DNA from: a virus
Taxonomy: Duplodnaviria > Caudoviricetes
Reading direction: 5' to 3' (one strand)
DNA: 52,510 nt
IMG/VR virus record: IMGVR_UViG_3300032257_000018
Span: 1 to 52,510 of that record
In this document: piece after piece, positions 26,725-38,700 of the stretch
Numbering within the stretch: the first letter of the stretch is position 1
How the letters are laid out: every line of letters begins with the position of its first letter
Position numbers and translations under genes: made by a program
The notes under the pieces: generated by a model
The model's input: the letters and a program-made list of their open reading frames with translations, nothing else
What the model was told of the DNA's origin: nothing
Databases searched by the model: none

Positions 26725-29700
26725 CGGCCGAGTACGCCGCGCGCTTTCTTTCCGACCTGCTTCATTTTTGATTCAATGTCGCTTTTACGGTCCAGGTAAG
26801 CTGAATTACTAATCAGATTCCTACGTCGATCTAATTCATTCTGACTGTATTCATATTTCAGTTCACGCATTGTTGCGTCGAGTCCCCTTAACTTTCTGGA
26901 TATCCCAACACTTACATCACTCGCTTTCAGCTTGATTCCTATCGATGATGTTATTGAATAACCTAAGTCATAAGGACGACCAAGCATGTCACGACCACCA
27001 TTGACAGACCGCGCTATTTTGTCCCAGTACCATGAGTTGTATATCCATGGCGCAGACGGCATCCATGATTTCCATGCCCAGCCCGCAACCTTATTCACTC
27101 GATCCACGCCGTCATCCGTATCCGGGTTAATGATCTCTTTCCCGGTAAATGCGGTTTTATTCAATGCGAACTCCATGCCCAGCATCAAAGGCCCGCCAAA
27201 CTGCAGCCATGCCGGGATAGGTATGGCAGACTGGCCCTGATTGGTATCAAAGACATCGCCAGCCGGTATCCATCGTCGTATATCCATGAAAACAGGATTA
27301 CCATAACTATCAAGCCATGGAGCCCTGATCATTCGAGGTGTACCCAGCCAGGTGTTACCCTGCTCAGAATCATGTAGCGATCTACGCTCTTTATCTTCAT
27401 CATCGCCGCTGGGAGCCAACAGATAACCCATCGCATTGATCATGTAAGCAATGGTTGTATATTTTGCCAGCTTCCAAGGTCTTTCAGCAACAGCCTTTGC
27501 GATCACCGGGATAGCCCGATATGTGTATGCAATAAAGGGCAGGACTGATGATCTTGCCACATTCACAAATGGCGCTCGGATGTCATAATTCAAGAATTGA
27601 TCCCGCGCAATCTGGGCAGCGACATCCTTATGATCACCCATTCCAAGACGGCGCATATAGGTTGCCATGCGAAATACTTCATCTTCAAGCTGGTATGTTG
27701 ATATCATTTTATTATCTGCTTTTTTTACCAGCTTCCATAAACCGTCAACAAGCTTACCGGACTGTCCAATTTTGCGCTCGAAATAACCGTCACCATCATT
27801 ATTCTGCTCAAGTATTTCATCAAGAATAGGATTCAGTACTTCTCGTTTAATCTCATGTAAAACAAATCCTGATCCGAATGCACCATGCTCAAGCGCATCC
27901 TGATAATCTTGTGTTTTATGCCTCAAGGCATATATTCCGCGCTTCAGGTCACGCCACCTAACATCCGCCATGTCCATAAAGATCATATTCGACATGACAT
28001 TATTCATGTGTACAACAGGGTTTCGAGCGGTCTTATTAAGCTTCCATTGCGTTAATATTTTATTCCATGACTTTGGCTTTTGCATTTGAAACAGCTCATT
28101 AATATCACGCCATATTTCAGCCCGAACATATTTGCCTGATAATGCTCCCCAGCGTTTTTTATTGGTACCAGGGATATTTCCACTTGGCACCTGTATCCAT
28201 TCATATTGAGTATAAACGCTCCATCGATGACCAGTGGGCTCACCTATAACCCCTTCAGGCTCCCCCTCTCCGCTAAACGTCCAGGCTGGGTTAAGACTTA
28301 TATCTTTCAGGAACCGGCCATTAGCAAGATCTGACGACATCATATGGAATGTTTTAGCAATCGTATAACGGGCATCAAGGATCTCACCCATATTTATGCG
28401 TTCTTCCTTGGTAAAGTCGCGCCACAGAGTATATTTACCGCCGCGAGACTCCCTGACAGTCCACTTGCCTTTATTTTCCCATGCCTCATATTTTGCAGGT
28501 ACAGGCTTATTGGCGGGCCAGTATATTCGCTCAAGTATTTTTGGCTTTCTGATAGCAGGGTCAATGCCATCAAGATCAGCAACACCCTGGCCGACATTCG
28601 ACATACGATCAAATACAATAAATTCTTGATCAATCAGGCTGGCATCATTGCCGTTTTTCTTTTGACCGAACCAATCAGGTATTAATTTTGTTAAATCACC
28701 CTCGGATACCTTCAGATTCATGCCGCGCTGTTTAAATGTATCACCAGCAATTCTCTTTCTGCGCTTGCTCATGGCCTTACTTGCCCAACCTCCAAGCGTA
28801 TCCTGATCTGCCTCATGCTTTTTATACACACGATGCAAATAAGTAAGGCGGTTTTGCTGAAAGGTAGCCTCATCAAGCAGGCCCAGGGAAACCGCTTCAC
28901 GGCCCAGATCATCAATGGCGTTACGGATCGGCTCCGCGATAGCCTGCATTTCAGCATCACCTACTATTTCGCCATTCAATACAGCCTGAAGGACCTTAGC
29001 TTCTTTAAAATCCACGCCCCTATCAAGCAGATCCATGATGATATCCACGCCCTTGGTAGCTATACGGCGCTCTTGCGCATCACGCTCCTGATCGAGTCGC
29101 TTAAATTCTTCATCAAGGCCATACCGGTCAATCATGCCCGCGCGTACATTTTCAATAAATCCATTCATCCATGACATATGGCCATCATCTTTAAACTTGG
29201 CTTTAGTGATGGCATGAATAGCCTTGTCGTGAACCAATGTTGTTACCTGGTCAACTCGCGCCAGTTTAAAAGCAGATCTAAACATCCTATCAACGTACTG
29301 GCCACTATTTACATCATCAGCAAGAGCCCCTTGGATATTGTCATCATCACGCCGGGACAGGTAAACACTTGGATCATCAGAAAAGTCGCCATTATTGGCA
29401 GTGGATTTAATTTGATTGGAGTCAAAAACAACATAAGAGCCGTCTTCAGCAATGATAATGCCATCATGCCCCTGCTTGATTAACTCATCAGCAGCACTTT
29501 TCGCCTCATCACTTGTTTTTAATGACAGGAAGTTTTCCATAGTCATGTAATGCGGGTTCTCCATTTTCATAAAGAAACCACGCACTACATCACCATACCC
29601 GCCCGCTCGACGGGCATCAGGTGAAAAGAAGTGACCCAGGCTTGCACCGGGAACTTTCACCTTAGTAGAATCATGATCACGATCAAACACATCAAACGCA

Positions 29701-32700
29701 TCATTTGAACCATGAAACAGTATTAACGGATTACTATCAGAATCAATTATTTTGGAATCGCCGAACCAAGACTTAAAGGCTGGCGTTTTAGTTACGCTTT
29801 TTTCAGATCTCGAAGTCGATCCTGTTCTGCCCAGATCTTGTACAATTCCTTTTGAAATTGCGCGCCGACCCGCCCGGATGGATTGCTTATCATCCGTTGA
29901 AGTTCTTCCTGGCTCGGTTGCGGAGTCGAAAGAACCTTGTCTACCACTGGGTTTCCTGTTGTCTTCATGCCCTTGATTATAGCCGCTTTTACCATCTTTT
30001 CCACGTGATAATGCAACAATTGGGCTATTTACAAACTGATTATGTATAACAGGGCCATTCTTCACGTGATTAGAAACACCCTCCATCATGATCTTAATCT
30101 CTGATTCTGAAAGCTTTATTGATGGCCATACCTTTCGCATCCACTCCCGTACCATGGCAATAAGCTTATTATATATCGTCGGTTTTTCGCCTGTTTCAGC
30201 GATTCTCGCAAGCATTTCTTCTGCCGCTATTAACCGCTGCTTTGGTTTATTCAGATCAAGCTTGTATTTTTTAGCGAGATCCGCCAGTCCTTTTCGACCA
30301 TATGACATCACCACCAGATTCAGAAGCTTATCCAGATTTTTACCAAACACCTTACGCAAACCATAATGACCAAGTACTTCATGCATGACTATTACGGGAA
30401 CATCACTATCTTTTCGAATATTGTCAGCAATGAGCCATACAGCCCCAGTCTCAACATCATACAATCCTTCAGCTTCATTCGTTGACTTATCGGCATGCAA
30501 GTAATTAAGTATGTGATCCGGAAGTTGATCAACAGACTGCACAGTAATTATCTGCGGTCTTTCAACCCAATCACTGGTTATATCACTGGCAATGTCAACA
30601 ACCTGGGCAGAAGAAAGCCCGCTATTTGCGGGCTTGTTTGAGCGTGATAACAATGGATCTTTAGGAGGCGGGCTCTCTGATTCTAACTCACTCTCTATTT
30701 CAGCAAGTCTTTCTGACTTCGATTTCAAGTCATCTTCATACTGGAACTCACCAATAGATTCATTTTTCAATACACCCAGTTTCTTTTCTGCTATTTGTAT
30801 TTCTTCAGAAAACTCTAAATGAACATCACTCAGTCCCCTTGCTGCATTTTCTAGCCTACGGACCGTACCCAGGGCAGCGGGAGAAGAATCATTTTTCGAT
30901 AAGATTGACCCATTGAATAGCCATTTCCCGTCAATATTGGATACATGGTCATTTTCATACAGACCTACTTCCCATCCAGCAAGGTGTCTACTGAACGTAA
31001 TTGGATAGCCTGATATTTTACCAATCACTTGCTCATCAACTTTATCAGCATTCAATTTATCAGCAATCGCCAGGATCTTGATGCCAGCCTTCTTTCTGTC
31101 CGTGTAACTGTTTTGACCAAGCGTAATTGCGAATTTGTCGCCGCTGGTACTCTGGTATATTTTGGACAACTCAATCAATTCATCAAGCTGTTTCTTCATT
31201 CGCGGTATGCGCTTTTCATAATTCTCTATCTTTAATCTGCCTGAATGCCCCTGATTGATATGCGCAAACTTCAATGATTCGAGTTTTTTAACTTCTGATA
31301 TCAGTCCAGCCTGCTCAAGTAACAATGGATTACCAGAGGATAACGCTTTAGCCATCGCCATTTGATTGGCGCTATCACTTACGTCTTCAACACTATCTAT
31401 AGACAGGTCGCCGCTCATGACCTGATCTATCATTTTCTGCTTAGTTTCGTTTAACTGCCACATGAATGAATCAATAGTACCCTCAGTAGCATAAGCATAT
31501 AAACCAACCTCATCATTCTTATTGCCCTGGCGTATAGCCCTGCCTTCACGCTGAACGATATTGGCTGGCAGATAGTCAATATCAAGGTGATGAAGATCAT
31601 ATAGGCGCTGTTGCACGTTAACACCGGTACCCATATTCTTAGATCCACCAATCAGGATGCGCCTAACCCCGGTATTCATATCCCTGAACAGCTTTTTCTT
31701 CTTGTTAGAATTAGTGGCGTCTTGAATAAAGGCAATTTCATTCTTCGGGACCCCACGATTAACCAGTTCACTTCGGATATGCTCATATATATCGAATCCA
31801 TGAGACTGCCTGATCTCAGTAAATATAAGCTGCGTAGCCCCCTTCTTAATCTCAGGCTTATTGCCTTTATAATAAACCTTGTCAGAATTATCCTTCCATG
31901 ACTGATAAACAGCGTCAATCATAGCGTCAAGCTTACTCTTACCGCTTTGTGATCTACCTACCAGCCGCAAATCAATGGATGCTTTTTTAGCATCATTAAT
32001 AACCACCAGAATATTATCCTCACCCTTTTTAGCAGGTCCCTTCTTTTCTTCAAGCTTAGTGATTCTATTCTTCAGTGAATCTTGAAACTCAAGCATTTCA
32101 GGTGATCGTTTGACTGATACTATCTGTCTCGCGCCGCCTTTCACGGCAGGCCGCTTGATAGTAATAGACTCCTTGAGGTCATTATCTGACACGATATCAG
32201 CGATAGATAAGAAATCACGCAGCAATGCAGGAACACCAACAAACTTAGCTAATCTGGTTGATGGTTTAAATGACCCACTAGCCTGCATTTCAAGCTCTGT
32301 GACGGTATCCGCAAAAGTGGCTGACCATGAATCAAACGATGATGTATCGTTATCACGTAGGACTTCTGGCTGTAGGTACCGCTGAATATTAAACACTTCG
32401 CCAAGAGTATTCGTGACAGGTGTGCCGCTCATTAGTACCATATTCCGCCCAGGATTAACTGAATTCAAATAGCGTGATTTCAGGTACAGGTCCAGAGCAA
32501 TACCTGATCCAGTTGAATCAACTCCCTTTGTGTTTGATTGCTCTGTCGGGAATGGAATCTTCTTATGTGTGTGCGCTTCATCTACAAACAGAAAATCAAT
32601 ACCGGTTTCCTCAAACGTAATCCCGGCGTCTTTCTTCTCCTGTGATGTCATGGCATTCAGCCTGCTTTCCATGGCTTCTATTTGACGCTCAATTGTTTTG

Positions 32701-35700
32701 CGTGATGCCCGGTCACTTTCATCCACTTCTTCCAGAAGCTTGCGATACTCAGTCAGCATGGCCTCGATCTCATTGGTAATGAATTCATCGGACATAGCTA
32801 TTTTTTCAAATGATTGATGCGTCATAATAACTGCATCCCAATCCTCACTTGCCATCCTTGATAGGAATCGCCTGCGATTCTTCTTGTCCAGTTGCTTTTC
32901 ATCAGCAACAAGGATCTTCGCGTCAGGGTATGCATCCAGTAATTCAGTAGCAAACTGCTTCAGCGTGGATTTTAGCACCACATAAGTAGGCTTTTTCGCC
33001 AGCCCCAGTCGGCGTAACTCCATGCCTGCGATATTTGATGCCAGGGTTTTGCCTGATCCAACCGTATGCGCCATATAGGTATTTCCGCGCTGCAATATCC
33101 TCCACACTACATTTGTCTGCCATGAATGAGGCTTATAGCGGCTTGATAATCTAGGTAATGTCAGGTGTTTTCCATTGAATTTCCTTGGAACAGTCGTATT
33201 AAATACAGCGTTATATTTATTATGAAGTGCATCGGCTGACTGGGTATCGCTCAATGCCCAGCGACTAAACTGCTCTTTCAATTCTTGAGCCTTTTGGTTT
33301 GCTGCGGCTGTTTCTGTCTTGTTTAACTCACGAACAACCTGACCCCCTGACTTGAAAGTATCGTACACCTTGATCGTGCGCTTATTCAACGCAGCCTCTA
33401 GTATCTTGCTTGCAGTCATCCTGGCTGTAGCATACTTCTCGCCCTTAGATTCTCCGGTAACACTCCACGATGATGTGTCGCCTTTAATAAAGCTATCAAC
33501 ACGACCATCGAATGATAAGACTTCTTCGGCAAATTTTTGAACGATTTCTTTATCAATCCAGTGTGCGCCAAGATTGACAGGCACCCTTGACAGTGGAAGG
33601 TCTTCAGGCTGAACAGCTTCAAGTGCCTTAATATTTCCATCAAATCCAGCTTCGCCATTTTTTGCCGCTGCCTTCGCTGACTCAAGCTTTTGCTTCACGT
33701 TTCCACTAAGGTAATCATCCTCAGTCAGATATCGGCCTGTATCTGGATCTTGGAATATGACTGCATCCAGTTCCTCAATAGCCTCACTGGGAGACACACC
33801 ATACTTTTCAGCCAAGTAGTCAATATCGACATACCCGCGATCATTGAGCGTAACATTCAGAGCATCAGTCACACTTTCTATCTCAGCTTCCTTGCGTTTT
33901 GTCATGACATTTTCAGTAAAGATAGATCCCTTTTCTGCGGTATTAGTAGCTTCGTCGTAATGTTCAATACCCGCTACACGATAAGCTTCAGGATCAAGGT
34001 CTATAGTGCTGATAATAGGCTCGGTAACAATCTCAATACCATCCTTACGGACGATAGTTTTAACTTGATTGATTGGCCCATGCTTGCTAGTGAAAGTGTC
34101 ATATGCCTTATCTAGTACTTTTTGCGCTGCCTTCCAGTCACCATCAATAAACTGCTCAAGATAAACCTTCATGACCGCATCACGAAGCGGGATATAATCA
34201 CGAAGAATCTGCGCTTGCTTCTTGCTCATCCCTGTACGCTGGCCATTGCCACGCACTTTCACGCGAACACCTACACCATCTTCAACATTCCTTAATTCGT
34301 TATTTCCGTCAATAAAATAACTAGATTCCTTTTGTTTAGGATCAAGACTGAATTCTGTCTTCTTAGCTTCAAACTCAGCATCTTGAAGGTGATCGTTATA
34401 TACATTGCTAGGTAATGAGCCAATTGCTTCTTTAAGTTGCTCATTCAAATTACCAGAAGGCAATACAGTGTATTCATCCGATCCATACATTGATCCCTCA
34501 AGCGCCTGCGTACCTAGTACCATATTAGGATTAGCAACAAAATAACTATTTATATTTGCTTTACCACCATCAACATCAATCTGATGGGTATCTGTCCAGG
34601 CACTACCATTCGACTCAACATTCTCGCCAAGTTTTTGGAAGAATAGAATATCAGTGACAACTTCAGTTCCGGCATTTTCTTTAAATGCGGTCTGCGGCAA
34701 TCTAATGGCACCCAGTAGCCTTGCTCGTTCAGCTAAATAGGCGCGCGCTGCATTATCCGCTTTATCCATGGTGCCTTTACTGGTTACGAATACAGCAATA
34801 CCACCAGGCTTTACTGAATCAATCTGCTTGGCGATAAAGTAATCATGCAGTTTGAAATTATTACTTTTATAGCGAGGATCAGATTTGACAGAGAAACCAG
34901 CAAATGGAGGGTTCCCGATAGATAGGTCGAAGTGGTTTTGCGGTAACCCTATTTTAGTAAAGTCACCAGAGATAACACCTGACTGCGGGTATAATAATTT
35001 TGCAATAGCCGCACTGATACTATCCATTTCAATGCCGGTATAATGAATATTCATAGAGTTAGGTATTAACCCAATAAAATTACCCGTACCAGATCCGCCC
35101 TCGATGGCGAGTCCCCTTTTGAATCCAAAATTACCAATAGCGGTATAGATAGAATCGATAATCGGCTTTGATGTGTAATGGGCATATTGAGTGCTACGCG
35201 CAGCCGTTTTCAATTCTTCTTCTGTCAGAATTTCACGTAATTCATCATGTAATTCCTTCCAGGTTCCGGTAGGCTCTTTCTTTGAAGGGAATAATTTATT
35301 GGCAAGTTCAGACGCTCCCCATCCCGTATAACTAGCAAGTATCTTCTGCTCTGATTTTGTCGCGCTACGGTTTTCTTTTTGAAGTGTCTTTATGATGCGA
35401 ATAGCCTCAATATTAGCCTTCGCTTTTTGAAGGGCAGATCCAGCCCCTAAATTATCATTATCCGTTATGCGGTAATTTGTCCGTACAGGTAATTCAGTTC
35501 TGTCATTATCTGCGCCATTTCTATCTCCTGTGCGCTCATTGCCGCCATGTTCATTGTTGCCGCTACGTCCTGTGGGTCGTTTTTGTCCGCCTGGCTTCTT
35601 GCTGCCCTTGCTGCCGCCGTTCTTGCTTCCGTTACTTGTTCCTGATACTGGATTATTATCTGATCCAGCTCCCCGCTCTGGCTCATTTGCTTGAACTTGG

Positions 35701-38700
35701 TCGGATTCAGGTCCTTGATCGTTTCTTTGATTGTCGTCAGGTAGCTCATTGGTATTTTCCTCTGATCTCAGTATAGCAGGATCGGCAAATAAATCGCCGG
35801 TTTCCAGTGTATCTGGCTCTGGTTTAGTCTTTTTGGTAGGTTTTTTGCTGTCAATGTCACTTGCTGATGTCATTGCTGAGTTATCAAGCCCAGGATAATA
35901 CCTTGCTCCCTCATAGAATGAACGGATATAAGGCTTTATTGCATCCCCCATATCATTAATCATTTTCTTGGAATAATCAGAAAAGGACCGCGCACCAGCT
36001 TCGATATGATATACGGCAAGCTCAGTACCAAGCGCAATTAACTCAGGATCAAGGCCAGAATTAATGTTGTTCAGCTTGGCTTTTAATTTGGCCCGGATCT
36101 CATCAGCCCGGTCACTGGATACAAGTTTGTTGCCTGATCCATAATTAGAGCCTTTCTTTTCTTCTGGCTTATTAGCTTGATTGTCAGCTTTCTCGCTAAT
36201 AGCCTCCTTTAATGCCTTGTTTGCGCCATCATCATCAAGATCTTGATAATAGTAATCCTCGACAATGTTATCTATTTCTTTTTCTGTAAAACCATATTGA
36301 TCCACGGCTTTAGTGATTAATGCTGAATCAAGCCTGTCATATTTATATGAGACAGCCATCGCAAGATTATCAATAGCGTTATTAGCCTGGAAAAATGAAT
36401 AAGCAAATCCTTCAGGTGTTGCAGACCGGGCATTCTTTGTAGCAAGACTCTTGCCGCCGTATTTTGTATGCATCTTAGAGCCTTCCGTGGCTTCAGTAGG
36501 CGCGATAGGAAGATCAGCATTAAACCTACCCCAGATAAGCGTCTTTTTAGTGTAGTCTTCTCCAACATGATTCGGATCAAATGACAGTCGCCAAGGTGGT
36601 AATCCGCCTAGTCGCTCAATTCGGCCTACTGGGTTTTCCAGAGCCCATATTGGTGGCTTAAAGTATTCAATTATATTTAATGTTTGATGCACAAGATTAA
36701 CAGATGCCGCAGTTCTACCATCTTTATCTTTTGCTGCAAAATGCCGCGCTCCACTTGAGGCAAAATCAGTACATGGGCAGGCAGCTAATACCGCATAAAC
36801 GTCAGCACCTTCAAACATGCCGAACATATCTGCATATAAATCAAATCCATGGTTATTAATGTCGCCAATATTAACCTCTTGATCGGCTTCTACTGTTTCG
36901 TTATATACGTCAGCCAACCAGTTATCCTGGATGTCAAAACGATATACCTGATAGCCAGCTTGTTCCCAGGGTAGTGACCACTTTCCCGTTAAGTCAAACA
37001 ATGAAAGAACTACTTTATTTTGGTTTGCGCTTCCCTTCCCCTGCTTAACAGCGTTTTCCTCCCATTCATCAATTTTTTTCTTCGCTTCTTCTATAGTCAT
37101 CCATCCATGGTCTTTATGGTAAACCTTAACTTTATCATTTAATCGAACAATATCATTCTTGGCCGGATCATCGAAAACATGAGTAAATTCTTCATCGCTT
37201 GATTCTTGAGCGTCATTGAATTCTTTTACAATTTCATTAAGCTCACGATTATCAACACCGACATCTTGATGCTCAGGCGCTTTGCTTTCAGTCTTACCCT
37301 GGGCCTTTTTCTTTAGTGCGTCTTGCTTGCTAGTAGGATTAGTGGAATCGCGTACTTCATCAATTGTTTTCCTGAATTTCTCTTTATCCCCCTTGAATAT
37401 TAATTCAACAATGTCAATCTCGCTTTTATTTTCAAGCGTAACACCTACAGGGTATCCATCGGAGTCGTTAGTAATTTTTTCAATATCAAAAAGGCCAATT
37501 TTTTCGCCTTTCTTCCAACTTACTAATCTTTCAGCAACATACCCTGGACCAAGATTTTCAACTAATTTAGTTTTCTTTTTAGGTTTGTCTTTCTTGCTTG
37601 GCTTGGATTCATTGTTTGCAATAACGGTTGCGTTATCGTCTTCAATGATATCGCCTTCTTTATCTATCCATGTGTTTTTTTGTTTTTCTCCGTCTTCGAC
37701 GTATTCTTTAACAGCTGTACCGTCAGGCAATTCGTGTGTCGGCGTGAATTCTTTTTTCTTCGGAGTAGGTGAAGTAGTTTTTTGAGCATCATCAATATCT
37801 ACCTGTTTCGATTTTCCGCTGAATAAATCACCATCACCAGATTCAACGGGCTGATTCTCAGATCCGTTTCGCTGAATGTCCTTGCTGATAGTTTTATCAT
37901 GGATGGCCTGGGCATTGGCATCGGCTGTTCCAAATATGTCATTTTGCTGGGCAGCATCATCCGTAACGCTACTTGATGGAGGAGTTTGCTGATCTAATTG
38001 GAAGGTTCCTGCTTCTGGCGTACCTTTGGCCGGGTTCCGTTCTTCTTGTGTTCCCGTAATCGCTGAACCATTTCCTTCCGTTCCTTCATGCTTTTGCTGT
38101 TCTTGTCCATTGTCTTTACCTTCTCGAATCAATTGGCCGAGCATTTGAGCGGCCTGATAATCGGATATATTCCTTCCTGCTATGGCTTCAGCCGCGTCAG
38201 AGTCATACTGGCTTGCCTCATCGAGTAATTCATAAAATGCCATCGTTTCGGCTGACCAATCTGGATTATACTCGGTTTGATCAAAGTGTGAACCAGCATT
38301 ATCATAACGCTCATCCTGAAAAATGCTACCAGGTTCCTCACGGTCAATCGCAAATCGTATAAATGAACGGGCTTTATCGCGCCTTTTTACTGCGTCATCG
38401 ATGTTTGCAGGTGATTCACGTTCAGCCTGAATGTTATCCATGGCCGCTTTTACGATATTCGCCTGATTTTTACCAAGCGGCTTACCTTCAAGCGCGCGAG
38501 TCAATGCCGTGGCTACCTGTGCATGACTTGCCTTTCCGTCGATCTCACGAACAGAAGACAATGCCTGAAGCTTATCCTGATCAACATTTACAGAGAATAC
38601 GGAGTCACCACCCAAGGCAACACCCAGCTTATCAACTGCTTCATTGGCCGTGTAATTTGTATCTATATAGCCATCCTGAGACAATAACTCAGCAATAGCA

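Noticed and set aside
29997-30012. Second parS-like site TTTTCCACGTGATAAT
   Set aside because: Only 12/16 match, not palindromic beyond the core, and inside coding sequence
27500-33700. Other same-strand alternative-frame ORFs inside the giant gene (e.g. 28052-28243, 28394-28633, 31451-31651, 31676-31918, 33416-33685)
   Set aside because: They overlie structured domains rather than linkers, have shadow-frame composition, and I saw no promoter/SD combination for them
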